Assembly (NCBI GenBank): GCA_964540975.1
Contig: CAZIOQ010000006.1
Span: 1 to 32,376, forward strand
Direction: 5' to 3'
Length of the DNA: 32,376 nt
Source: an uncultured Gammaproteobacteria bacterium
GTDB taxonomy: Bacteria > Patescibacteriota > Microgenomatia > UBA12405 > UBA6130
The notes under the pieces are model-generated. The model was given only the letters and a program-made list of their open reading frames with translations. It did no database searches and had not been told where the DNA came from. This document shows, piece by piece, positions 1-9,011 of this stretch; the stretch's first letter is position 1, and every line of letters starts with the position of its first letter. Made by a program: the position numbers and the translations under genes.

Positions 1-125
1 GATATCAGTTATGACTCGGACAATTTCCAGCTCTTTTAATCCGTTTTTAAAATTATTTGCTTTTCTCTACCTTGTCTGTTCAATAATCATCTTAATCATC
101 ATCTGGCAAATCTTTTAAAACCAAT

Positions 126-2069
126 ATGAACCAACTGGTTACCTGCCAAATTGTTGGTAATTCTGATCAAAAAGGCTGGAGTCAAATTCATCATCTTGTT
201 CCTAGCAGGAAAAATCTTTGTTGGGGAGAGGCAATTATCCTGATCTCCACACCTTTGACTGATGAAGATGGTCTTAATCTCGGCCGAGAAATCATTTTGA
301 GATTTTATGAAGAATATTATTCCTCCCAACCTCAATCAAAACTTAAAAGATTAAAAGACATTTTAATAAAAATCAGTCAAGAAAAACTTGTCTATCTTGA
401 GAATCAAAATCCCAAACTAGATATTGTCGTAGGAATTTTTTATCAACAATTTGTTTGGTTGGCCACTTTAGGCAAAGGAGAAATTTTGCTTTTTAGAAAC
501 GGCCAACTTTTACCAATTATCAAAGGGGCTGAAAACCTAGTTAAAGTCGCCTCTGGAATAATCCAACCAAAAGACCTTCTGGTCATTGGCAGTCAAGAAT
601 TTTTCAAAACTATCCCTCAATTGACAATTGCTGGCTGCCTGAAAACTGCTAATTTTGACCAGATAAAAGAAATCATTTCTCCCTTGGTTTATAGCCAACC
701 AAAACAAGGTCGGCTGGCCGTAGCAATTATTGCTTCAAAACTCAAGATAGACCAAGCAACCGTTCAGCCAACAACCTTAAGAGGAGAAAAATCACCAACG
801 TCAGCTGGCAAAAACTTGAAAGCTTTTTATCAATCAGTTTTTTTTAAAACAAAAATTAAAAATTGGTTTTTAAGCTTAATTGCTTTTTCTCAAAAAATCT
901 TAAAACGGTTTTTCTCTTTTCCTCGGCAAATTAGAATCAGACCTCAATTTTTATCGTCAACTACTCTTACTCCACAAACAAGTCTTGGTCAAAATCGAAG
1001 CTTAACTTTTGCCGGCCTTGCTTTCTTAACCCTACTTTGTTTAAGCATTCTCCTCAGTTGGCAAAAAAAGAAGAATCAGGATAGGCAAAAATTTGTTCAA
1101 GAAAAAATTCACCAATCCCAAGAAACACTCAAAAACGCCTGGGCAATCAGAGAACTTGATTTAGACAAAAGCCTTACTTTAGCAAAACAGGCGCAACAAA
1201 ATATCCAAGAAGGACTAAAAGTAAATCCCAATCAGCCAACTTTAAAGCAATTATTAAACCAGGCCAATCATCTAATTGATTTGAGTGGCGGCGGAGAAAG
1301 AATTTCTCCAACATTGTTTTTTGATCTTAAAATAATTGCCGATAATGTTTCTGGCTCTTGTCTTAGGCTTAAGCAAGACAATCTTTGGATCTTGGATCCC
1401 CAAGGCCAAAGATTAATTAAACTGGGAATTGATAATAAAAAAACCGCGATCGTCGCTGGTGGAGAAGCTCTAAAAAACCAAAAAAAGATTATTATTACTG
1501 ACAAAAATGTTTATTTTTTTTCTGAAGAAGGGATCAAAAAATTAAAAAAAGAAAACCAACTTGAGCTTGTGATTAAAAATGAATGGCTAAAACCAATTGC
1601 TTTTTCCTCTTGGGGAGAAAATCTTTATCTAGTAGATCGCCAAGGGAAAAAAATCTTCAAATATGTTCCCCAAGAACCTGGTTTTGCCAAACCAATTTCT
1701 TGGCTAACAACAGCTCCCCCAATTGAATGGGAAAAGATTGTTGATCTGGCTATCGATGGCTCTTTATGGCTTTTAAACCAAGAAGGCCGGGTCTTGAAAT
1801 TTACTGCTGGTAGTCAGGAAGATATTAAAACCCCTGATTTTAAAGCTGAAGCCGAATTTTTAACTGTCGCTCAAAAAGCTCCTTTTTTAGCCTTTTGGGA
1901 CACAAAAGAAAAAACTGTTTTGGTTCTGAAGAAAAATGGTCAAATTGTGGCGAAAATTCCCCTTGGGCTTGAAGCTATCAATGGTCTTGCTTTAATCGAT
2001 GATGGCAAAAAAATCTTCATCTTGACTGGTGATAAAATTTATAATTTGGAATTGAATTTCTCGCCGTGA
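126..2069 (+). CDS. Membrane-anchored protein: degenerate PP2C-like N-terminal region, single TM helix, helical stalk, C-terminal beta-propeller (NHL-like)
   Basis: 647-aa ORF. One hydrophobic segment (FAGLAFLTLLCLSILLSW). C-terminal blade-like motifs (NLWILD, NLYLVD, DLAIDGSLWLL). N-terminus has PP2C-like strand motifs (LATLGKGEILLFRNG, DLLVIGS) but lacks the catalytic DG. Overlaps the smpB start (GTGA). Confidence 0.6.
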   Translation: MNQLVTCQIVGNSDQKGWSQIHHLVPSRKNLCWGEAIILISTPLTDEDGLNLGREIILRFYEEYYSSQPQSKLKRLKDILIKISQEKLVYLENQNPKLDIVVGIFYQQFVWLATLGKGEILLFRNGQLLPIIKGAENLVKVASGIIQPKDLLVIGSQEFFKTIPQLTIAGCLKTANFDQIKEIISPLVYSQPKQGRLAVAIIASKLKIDQATVQPTTLRGEKSPTSAGKNLKAFYQSVFFKTKIKNWFLSLIAFSQKILKRFFSFPRQIRIRPQFLSSTTLTPQTSLGQNRSLTFAGLAFLTLLCLSILLSWQKKKNQDRQKFVQEKIHQSQETLKNAWAIRELDLDKSLTLAKQAQQNIQEGLKVNPNQPTLKQLLNQANHLIDLSGGGERISPTLFFDLKIIADNVSGSCLRLKQDNLWILDPQGQRLIKLGIDNKKTAIVAGGEALKNQKKIIITDKNVYFFSEEGIKKLKKENQLELVIKNEWLKPIAFSSWGENLYLVDRQGKKIFKYVPQEPGFAKPISWLTTAPPIEWEKIVDLAIDGSLWLLNQEGRVLKFTAGSQEDIKTPDFKAEAEFLTVAQKAPFLAFWDTKEKTVLVLKKNGQIVAKIPLGLEAINGLALIDDGKKIFILTGDKIYNLELNFSP

Positions 2070-2515
2070 ACAAAAAAATCCATTATTCCAATCGAAGAGC
2101 GAAACGAGATTACTTCATTGTTAAAAAAATAGAGGCAGGGGTGGTCTTAACTGGGAGCGAAGTCAAGGCAATCAAAACCCAAGGAATTAATCTAGATCAG
2201 GCCTTAATCCAACTAAAAGACAACGAGCTTTATCTTGTTAATGCCTTTATTCCAGCTTATAAATTTGCTACTGATAGACCGTATGATCCAAGAGCCAAAA
2301 GAAAACTGCTTTTAAAAAAAAATCAGATCAAAACCTTAATTGCTGCCAAACAAAAAAAACTGGCAATTGTTCCTCTTTCCTGCTATAATAAAAATGGTTG
2401 GATTAAAATTCTTGTTGGTGTTGGCAGAAGAAAAAAGAAGTTTGAAAAAAAACAGGCGATTATTGAACGCACTTTGAAAAGAAAATTAAAAGAAGAGGAA
2501 AACAGATGGGGATGA
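2066..2515 (+). CDS. smpB: SsrA-binding protein SmpB
   Basis: Motifs NRRAKRDY, IEAGVVLTGSEVKAIK, YDPRAKRKLLLKK, IVPLSCY and a basic C-terminal tail; adjacent to tmRNA. Confidence 0.98.
   Translation: MNKKIHYSNRRAKRDYFIVKKIEAGVVLTGSEVKAIKTQGINLDQALIQLKDNELYLVNAFIPAYKFATDRPYDPRAKRKLLLKKNQIKTLIAAKQKKLAIVPLSCYNKNGWIKILVGVGRRKKKFEKKQAIIERTLKRKLKEEENRWG
2381..2389 (+). promoter_or_regulatory. Candidate extended -10 promoter (TGcTATAAT) inside smpB, possibly driving tmRNA
   Basis: Perfect TGnTATAAT about 120 nt upstream of the mature tmRNA 5' end. It also encodes C-Y-N of SmpB, so it could be coincidental. Confidence 0.45.
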
Positions 2516-2871
2516 GGCTGGCTCGACAGGAAACATATTTTGCTGGATGGCAAGCGTCCGTTGGCTCATCGGACTGAAACAAGGCCAAAAAATAATGCCA
2601 AAGAGAATTCTTCTGGCTCTTACGCCTTGGCTTATGCTTAAGGTGTAAGCATCGGCAAAGACTTTTGTCTGGTAAGGTCTTTGCTGGTGTCAACCATACC
2701 AGACTCCAGTTGATGTTTGATTATGGCATCAACAGGAACAAATTCATAATCAAATCCAAAAAGGATTTTGGACAACTTTTACCTTTTTGTGATTATTAAA
2801 GTTGTCTAAGCTTGTAGTAGTCTGGCAAAGTTGTTTTCTGGACCCCCGTTCACCACGGGGCATCTCCACCA
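2508..2871 (+). ncRNA. ssrA: tmRNA (SsrA); tag peptide (A)AKENSSGSYALAYA*
   Basis: 5' GGGGATG (2508-2514) pairs with CATCTCC (2861-2867), including the G3-U alanine wobble, followed by encoded ACCA. T-arm is CCCCG-TTCACCA-CGGGG with an atypical T-loop. Resume codon GCC at 2597 follows AATAAT; the frame reads AKENSSGSYALAYA to TAA at 2639-2641. Confidence 0.96.
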
Positions 2872-2906
2872 AATTTATGATCGCTAACTAGTTAATTAAA
2901 ACAATT

Positions 2907-4217
2907 TTAGCTTTCCCTAATTTCGATTGTAAATCCTTGCAAATCCCTTTTACCAATCAAAACCTTGGTTCGAAGATGAGACCTGTTGGTAACGTTGGCT
3001 GAGGTAATAATTTTTCGACCTCTGAGCCAAAAAACAATCCCAATTACTGGCCGGCGATGTCTTTTCCCCAAAGAAGACTTATAATGTCTATAATACAAGA
3101 TATTATCTTGTTTTAATAAACCTAAATCTTTTGCTGTTTGTTTATCAATTGAGGTTCGGTGAGCACCGGTATCTATTTTAGCAATAATATTAATTTTTTT
3201 ATTGCTCTCGGTCTTAATCTTGATTACCTCAAAAACAGAAAGGGCTTTTACTTTGGTTTTAAAATCAACCTTATCAACAAAACTACCCCCAAATAAAAAA
3301 CGACTAATATTGATCGCATGATCCTCATTTCTTACCTGGATTCCTTCGATTCTTTTCAATCTTTCCTGCAAGCCTGTTTGATTGCAAATTTGAATTGCTA
3401 GTCCTGGCCGCGCATTTAATTCTAAAATCAAAGGTCCTTTTTCTTTGTCTAAAACAATATCCACCCCAACAAAATTCAAACCAGAAACTGCTTTTTGGGC
3501 AGCAATTGCTGTTCTTAAAACCTGCTCCCACAAAGGAATCCTAATACCATTGACTTTAACCATTTTTTTTCTTTTAAGATCATAAATTTTCTCTAGCAGC
3601 TGGTCGCGATAAACTCCGTAGGTGGTAATTCCTGTTGCCATATCCAGACCCAAACCAATTGCTCCTTGATGAAGATTAGCTTTCCCTTTAGATTCTTCAG
3701 TAGGAATTCTTAACATAGCCATTACCGGCACTTGATTAAAAATAATTATCCTGATATCAGGAGCGCCAATTTTGGTAAATCTTAAGAATTGGCCAAAAAT
3801 TTTTACCCGCTCTTCAACTAAAACATAGTCAGGCAGATTATGGAGACTAAATTTTCCCTGAAGGATATCAAAACAATGATATCTTAAACCAGAAATGTTA
3901 ATTTTTGTTCCATCCATTAAAAACCATTCTCCCGCCCACTTAGCCCTTCTTCTGATAAGCAAAACTCCTTCACCGCCAAAGCCACTTCCTGGCTTGACGA
4001 CAAAACCTTCCTCAATTTCTTCCCAAGGAAATTCTAAAACCTCTTTTTCATTTTTTATGACGCCTAAAAGTTTTGGCACTGGTACTTCTGCTTTAGTCAG
4101 GATTTTTTTTGTCCTAATTTTTGAATCAGCAATTTTTTTCGCCAAAGAAGAATTTTGTCTTAAATAATACCAATTACGAGTGTTTTTGGTGAGGATAGCT
4201 TGACTGGTAAAGAACAT
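2907..4217 (-). CDS. Alpha-L-glutamate ligase-like ATP-grasp protein fused to a C-terminal RimK-associated retropepsin-like aspartyl protease
   Basis: ATP-grasp motifs FVVKPGSGFGGEG, DIRII, AMLRIPT..S.GKANLHQGA, GVDIVLD, ILELNARPGLAIQ. C-terminal AKIDTGAHRTSID ... VLIGKRDL pepsin-like motif. Confidence 0.88.
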   Translation of the reverse strand: MFFTSQAILTKNTRNWYYLRQNSSLAKKIADSKIRTKKILTKAEVPVPKLLGVIKNEKEVLEFPWEEIEEGFVVKPGSGFGGEGVLLIRRRAKWAGEWFLMDGTKINISGLRYHCFDILQGKFSLHNLPDYVLVEERVKIFGQFLRFTKIGAPDIRIIIFNQVPVMAMLRIPTEESKGKANLHQGAIGLGLDMATGITTYGVYRDQLLEKIYDLKRKKMVKVNGIRIPLWEQVLRTAIAAQKAVSGLNFVGVDIVLDKEKGPLILELNARPGLAIQICNQTGLQERLKRIEGIQVRNEDHAINISRFLFGGSFVDKVDFKTKVKALSVFEVIKIKTESNKKINIIAKIDTGAHRTSIDKQTAKDLGLLKQDNILYYRHYKSSLGKRHRRPVIGIVFWLRGRKIITSANVTNRSHLRTKVLIGKRDLQGFTIEIRES

Positions 4218-4218
4218 T

Positions 4219-5112
4219 TTAATATCTTTTTAGTAAAGAATAAAATCTTTTATACTCCAGCAATCTGAAGCCAGAATAGCGACCAACAATCCCATTGAAA
4301 ACGAGCACAAACAAAAATGAAAGTTCTGGGTTGAGCAAAACCAGTTTCTGTAAAGATTCCCAGCTCATTAAAATTGCTCCTAAAATAGCCAGAATAAGAG
4401 TCGCCAGGGTTAAACTGACAGCAGTTCTAAAATTTTTACCTGCCTGGGCCCGGCTAAATTCTTCGGATAAAAGGATAAAAAACAAAATAGGAAAAATTGA
4501 AACCTGATTAAGATCATAAATCCCTAAAAAAGGACTAGTCAGCAAAACCCCAAAAGTGGCTAAGGCAGTTATTGCCAAAACAATTGCCCTTTTCGGCCAG
4601 TAGTGCAATCTAATTGGTCTTAAAACCTCTCTCGTGATCACTCCAATCAAAACAATAATGCCAAAAAGCAACAAGCCACCGGTAATCCCGGTAGCTAAAA
4701 AGGCGACGGCTAACATCGCCGGAATAAACATTCCAAAGCCAGAAAGACCAACAAAGTATTGCAAAACTCCCACCAAAACACCAATCAAGGGTAAAAGAAA
4801 AACCAAAACAATAGTATTAGGAGAAACACCTCGATCAACTGCTAGTCGGACAAGATATTTTAAAAAATTCATTGGCGAAAGATTGCCTATTTTTTGACTC
4901 TTCAACGCTGCCTCCAGTTTGCCTTTTACCCTCGGGCTTTGCGGCTCGGCAATCGTCTCTCTTGGCTCACTCAGCAGCTTTGCCCCTTCGGTGGCCTGGG
5001 CTGATTCGGTCGAGATCTGTTCCCCAAATCCAGGAGAGATTTTAGGATTAATGGCAAAACTTGTTTTCGCTAACAAAAACAAAAACAAAATTAAAAATCC
5101 TGTTTTTCTCAT
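4219..5112 (-). CDS. 7TM_transglut-type membrane protein (partner of the ATP-grasp ligase)
   Basis: Signal peptide followed by about 7 hydrophobic helices. Family motifs LLPL, VGLSGFGMFIPAMLAVAF, SIFPILF, GRYSGFRLLEYKRF. Stop codon 1 nt before the ligase start. Confidence 0.85.
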   Translation of the reverse strand: MRKTGFLILFLFLLAKTSFAINPKISPGFGEQISTESAQATEGAKLLSEPRETIAEPQSPRVKGKLEAALKSQKIGNLSPMNFLKYLVRLAVDRGVSPNTIVLVFLLPLIGVLVGVLQYFVGLSGFGMFIPAMLAVAFLATGITGGLLLFGIIVLIGVITREVLRPIRLHYWPKRAIVLAITALATFGVLLTSPFLGIYDLNQVSIFPILFFILLSEEFSRAQAGKNFRTAVSLTLATLILAILGAILMSWESLQKLVLLNPELSFLFVLVFNGIVGRYSGFRLLEYKRFYSLLKRY

Positions 5113-5157
5113 ATGTCTTAATTTAAATAAATATTTAACCTTTTTGTCAAGTTAGTG

Positions 5158-5166
5158 ATTATACCA
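5158..5166 (-). promoter_or_regulatory. Candidate extended -10 promoter (TGgTATAAT) for the 7TM/ATP-grasp operon
   Basis: + strand attatacca, 45 nt upstream of the ATG at 5112. Confidence 0.5.
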
Positions 5167-5239
5167 AATTCAAACAAGTTTTAACAAAAACTAACAATAA
5201 TTTTGCTTTCGCGGTATTTCTTTGATAAAATGTGGCCAA

Positions 5240-7270
5240 ATGGGAGAAGAAATGCACGAACAAGAACCAATCAGTCAAACACCAGCAATCTCTATCGAAA
5301 CTAAGGAAGGCAAGAAAATAAAAGTTCCTGACTGGCTTGGCTTTCAAAACCAAGAAGAGGTGGATAAGATTACTAATCCAGAATTGAGAGAAACCATTAG
5401 TTTTTTTGCCGGATTACCAGAGGAAATGCTTGGCAGAGGAGGAGTAATTAGAGAACATTACTTGAAATTACATAACAAAATATTTAAAGGCAAAATCGAT
5501 GAAAACGAAGCAACTTTAATTATGTCAGCTTTGGCGAAAAAGCATGAGGAGCTGCAAACTAAAGGGAGAAAAAGAAAACAATCAGCTCCAGAAAAAGCCA
5601 AACTAGAGCCAGAAATTGAGGAACTAGTGAGAATTAGGACTGGGATCGAGCAAATGGCAACAGTGAGTGCTGAACAATTAGAGGCTTTAAGAGGAGGTTA
5701 CGATGCCCTAGTAAGTGCCGAATCCGCCCAAGCTGGCCTCAATACCGAGCTTTTTGATACTCAACCACCAGTCTGGTATAGACGTTTGAATCCAGAGTGG
5801 AAAGATGTAATTAGAAATAGACTTTATATCCTTTTAGGCTGTTATGTCAAGCGAAAAGTTGGCCATTTGGAACTTGATCCAGTTGCTGGCAATCAACAGA
5901 TAAGAATCGAAAGGGATGCTCTAGATAATATGTGGAAAGAAATGCCGGGGTTTAGAGTAGCTTTAACAACAATGTTTAATGATTTTTTTGAACTTAGAAG
6001 GTATATCCCACCGTTTGTTGAAAGAAAAAACGAAAATAAAATTTTACTTCTTAAAATTACCCCAGAGGGGGTAGAAAATTTACAAAATTTCGCCAACTAT
6101 AAACAAAAAATGATAATCGCCCTCGCAGATTATCTCCGAAATGAGGGCAAAGACCTCTTGGAAAAAAATCCTCTAACCAAAGATCCGAAAATTGCTGCCG
6201 AGGCAGCCTTTTCCGCCGCCTGGAATCTTATTTATGTTGGCAACGCAATTGAATCGGCAGATTTTGGAAAAATAAAAAGCAAAAGAACTTCTCCAGAGGA
6301 AGAAAAAAAAGAGAAATATGAAAGAGAACTAACAAATCCTATTATCTATGCTGAACAAATAAGAGCCAGTTTCCTTCCAGGAATGAAAGCGAGAGGGAAA
6401 TTTATTAGGAGAGAACCAGAAAAGATTGGGACTGATGAAGCTTGGCTCGGATCCCTCGGAGAATACATAGCAGAAAGAGCTAGACATAACGGTAAAGCAG
6501 GAAGAAATTTAGAAGAAAAATCGGAGGTTTTAGTTCCAGAAAGATTATTTGCTTCATTTTTTGACTTAATCCAATTTGAAGAAGAAGAAAAAGATGAAGA
6601 AGGAAATATAACCACAATAAAAACATCAATCGCCAAAAAGATAATGACTGCCGCCTGGCAAAGCGAAATTGTGGAAAAACACATCAAAAGATCCCAAGAG
6701 GAAGAAGAATCTAAAAAAGAAGGAAAAATAGAAAAAAAGTCAGAAGTCGTATATTTATGTGTTCCAGATAAAAATATGGTTGACTTCTCCCAACTAAAAC
6801 ATAGCGAACTTTGGGGCGGATATGCTGATACTTGGGACTCGGCGAAAAAAATTTATGATGCATTGTCCGGAAAAATTTCTCCAGAAAAACCAGATGTCTG
6901 GTCACAAATAGTAAGCAATGCCTTCTCAAAAATGAGAAATTCGGGACTAGCACCCATCTATAATACTGAAGAATTAATTGAGGCTTGTATCGCCGGATCA
7001 TTTGGTTTGACTCCTGGAACCGATGAGAAAATCCTTAATATACCAGAAGACTCTTATGACTCGATACTTTGGCATATTTTAAAAAACGATCGGTTTTATG
7101 CTGGTTTAAAGCCTGAGGCTCGGAAAAGGATTTTGCGTTATTTTATGGCTCAAGATTTTAGCAAGGCAATAGATGTTTTTTACTCTGTGTTACCTGGGAT
7201 AATGCACCAAAGAAAGCAAGAAAGGATGTTAGCGGCGAGAAGACTGGCTAAGTTAATAAGAAAAAAATGA
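5240..7270 (+). CDS. Hypothetical soluble, Glu/Lys-rich, largely helical protein
   Basis: Long uninterrupted ORF (track start 5222 TTG; ATG 5240 or 5252 more likely). No signal peptide, TM segment or recognisable motif. Confidence 0.8.
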   Translation: MGEEMHEQEPISQTPAISIETKEGKKIKVPDWLGFQNQEEVDKITNPELRETISFFAGLPEEMLGRGGVIREHYLKLHNKIFKGKIDENEATLIMSALAKKHEELQTKGRKRKQSAPEKAKLEPEIEELVRIRTGIEQMATVSAEQLEALRGGYDALVSAESAQAGLNTELFDTQPPVWYRRLNPEWKDVIRNRLYILLGCYVKRKVGHLELDPVAGNQQIRIERDALDNMWKEMPGFRVALTTMFNDFFELRRYIPPFVERKNENKILLLKITPEGVENLQNFANYKQKMIIALADYLRNEGKDLLEKNPLTKDPKIAAEAAFSAAWNLIYVGNAIESADFGKIKSKRTSPEEEKKEKYERELTNPIIYAEQIRASFLPGMKARGKFIRREPEKIGTDEAWLGSLGEYIAERARHNGKAGRNLEEKSEVLVPERLFASFFDLIQFEEEEKDEEGNITTIKTSIAKKIMTAAWQSEIVEKHIKRSQEEEESKKEGKIEKKSEVVYLCVPDKNMVDFSQLKHSELWGGYADTWDSAKKIYDALSGKISPEKPDVWSQIVSNAFSKMRNSGLAPIYNTEELIEACIAGSFGLTPGTDEKILNIPEDSYDSILWHILKNDRFYAGLKPEARKRILRYFMAQDFSKAIDVFYSVLPGIMHQRKQERMLAARRLAKLIRKK

Positions 7271-7319
7271 CCTCCTCCCTCGCAGAAGAGTATCGGCCGT
7301 CTTTTTCGGATCATAATTT

Positions 7320-8924
7320 TTATTTGATGATTCCTACACTCCTTAGAGCATTAACTATCCCCATCGCTCTAGTCGCCCCTGGAACACCTCCTCGATACCT
7401 CTTTTCTATTTCAACTCCGATATAACCACCGGCCATGCGGCCACCAATAATTATTGGCGCGATTATATTTTTAATTTCACCGAGATCAGCTGCTCTTTTA
7501 ACTCCCATTGCTGATCTGATTGTATCAGGAATTGTGGGCAAAAACCAAACAATACCAACTGCTAGCAAAAGCCCAACAATCCCTCCTCCTGTACCAATAT
7601 GAGGAAAAGCTAAAGCATCTAGTTGGGGACCAAGCTTGGCAAATTCAGCCGCTAGGGCCAGAAATAAAGTCACCGCTGGAAAAACCATTAAGTTGGCGAA
7701 TAAAGAACGTAGCCAAGAGCTAAACCCAAGTTGGGTATTGGGTAAAATTCCTGCAGCAATATAAAAAGGAGAAAAAATTATCAATAAAACAACTTGTAAA
7801 TAAGTCTTGAGCAATGCCCAAAAAGCTCTCCACCATAAAATTAAAAAGCAAATTACAAAAATCAATAAAAGAAGCACTGGGACCCACGCAAGTAAAGCAA
7901 GTAGTGTCGATGAAATTATCCCCGAAATAATAGCAATTATAGCGCCGCCGCCAACTCCATAAAAAGTAGCATCTTTGATTGTCCCCAGAACCCCCTGTTT
8001 AAAAACCATACCTAATTCAGAGGGCAAGCCCCATCTTGTCATTTCTCCAACTGATTTATCAGGAGGTAGGTAACCACCACCTATTCCCTGAGCTTGCAAC
8101 AGTTTTACTATTACCCCTAATATTACATACATAAGATCAAACATAAAACCAGCAATCGCGTAAGAAAAAACCACTAAGATTAATCCGCCTATAACTTTTG
8201 GCAAAATTGCTGTTACTGTTGCTGTAGTTTGAGGAGCAATTTTAACCCTAAACATTATAAACAAGCCTAGTATCACAAATAACAAAGAAAAAATAGTTAA
8301 AACTAAATCTCTAAACGCCTTCCAAATTTTTAGAATCCCCTCAAATCTTGTGGTGAAAAAAGTTCCTTGACCACCTTGAGCATAAGCCGTCTTTATACCA
8401 AGACTATCCCTCATTAAGTTTTGGGCGTAATATACTCCTGAAGCGGGCGGATTAGAAATTAAAGAAGCAACGACGTTGCTTGTAATCCCTAGCGCTCCGC
8501 CGGAAAAATACCAATCGCCTGGAGGCATAATAATCGCTCCAGAAGGAACCATATTAATAGTCTTAACTCCCTGCACCTCACTTCCTCCACCGCCTCCGCC
8601 AGCTTCTTCAGACTTTGGTAAATCCGGTATCTCTCCGGGAATGCCAATTAATTGGGTTAAAATCCCATAACAAATTGCTCCTAAGAAACCATGCTCATCT
8701 AAAACCTCTGCGCCTTCTGGCCCTATAGTTCCTCCTATCACCCATTTAAAAAGATTGCCTCCTGGATCCTTAAGAAAATTTTTAATGTCTCTCCATGCCT
8801 CTTTTATCCCCAAAACCTCTCCCTGCTGAGAATAAGGATAGGATTCGACTGCCAAAGCCAGGCGCAGATGGGAAAGAAAAAGAAAAGAAAGAGTGAAAAA
8901 AATGATAAAAAACAACTTTTTCAT
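7320..8924 (-). CDS. TrbL/VirB6-like polytopic membrane protein (CPR pilin-locus type)
   Basis: Start at ATG 8924 (MKKLFFIIFF). Multiple TM helices with the pattern IWKAFRD ... LPKVIGGLILVVFSYAIAGFMFDL ... LLIIFSPFYIAAGILP ... WLRSLFANLMVFP. Lies downstream of a pilin array. Confidence 0.65.
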   Translation of the reverse strand: MKKLFFIIFFTLSFLFLSHLRLALAVESYPYSQQGEVLGIKEAWRDIKNFLKDPGGNLFKWVIGGTIGPEGAEVLDEHGFLGAICYGILTQLIGIPGEIPDLPKSEEAGGGGGGSEVQGVKTINMVPSGAIIMPPGDWYFSGGALGITSNVVASLISNPPASGVYYAQNLMRDSLGIKTAYAQGGQGTFFTTRFEGILKIWKAFRDLVLTIFSLLFVILGLFIMFRVKIAPQTTATVTAILPKVIGGLILVVFSYAIAGFMFDLMYVILGVIVKLLQAQGIGGGYLPPDKSVGEMTRWGLPSELGMVFKQGVLGTIKDATFYGVGGGAIIAIISGIISSTLLALLAWVPVLLLLIFVICFLILWWRAFWALLKTYLQVVLLIIFSPFYIAAGILPNTQLGFSSWLRSLFANLMVFPAVTLFLALAAEFAKLGPQLDALAFPHIGTGGGIVGLLLAVGIVWFLPTIPDTIRSAMGVKRAADLGEIKNIIAPIIIGGRMAGGYIGVEIEKRYRGGVPGATRAMGIVNALRSVGIIK

Positions 8925-9011
8925 TATTTTTATTAAAACCCAAAATATTTTAAAAGTCAAACTTAAGATTAAATTGCCAATTTGACATTTTTGTTTTGAG
9001 ATTTTAGTTTT

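Noticed and set aside
1-102. Minus-strand reading frame running off the window edge with one TAG
   Set aside because: Too short to assign, with no recognisable motif.
2460-2693. 77-aa minus-strand ORF
   Set aside because: Antisense to smpB/tmRNA; no protein features.
2861-5200. Integrative element at the tmRNA 3' end
   Set aside because: No integrase and no duplicated tmRNA 3' end (att site) seen in the window.
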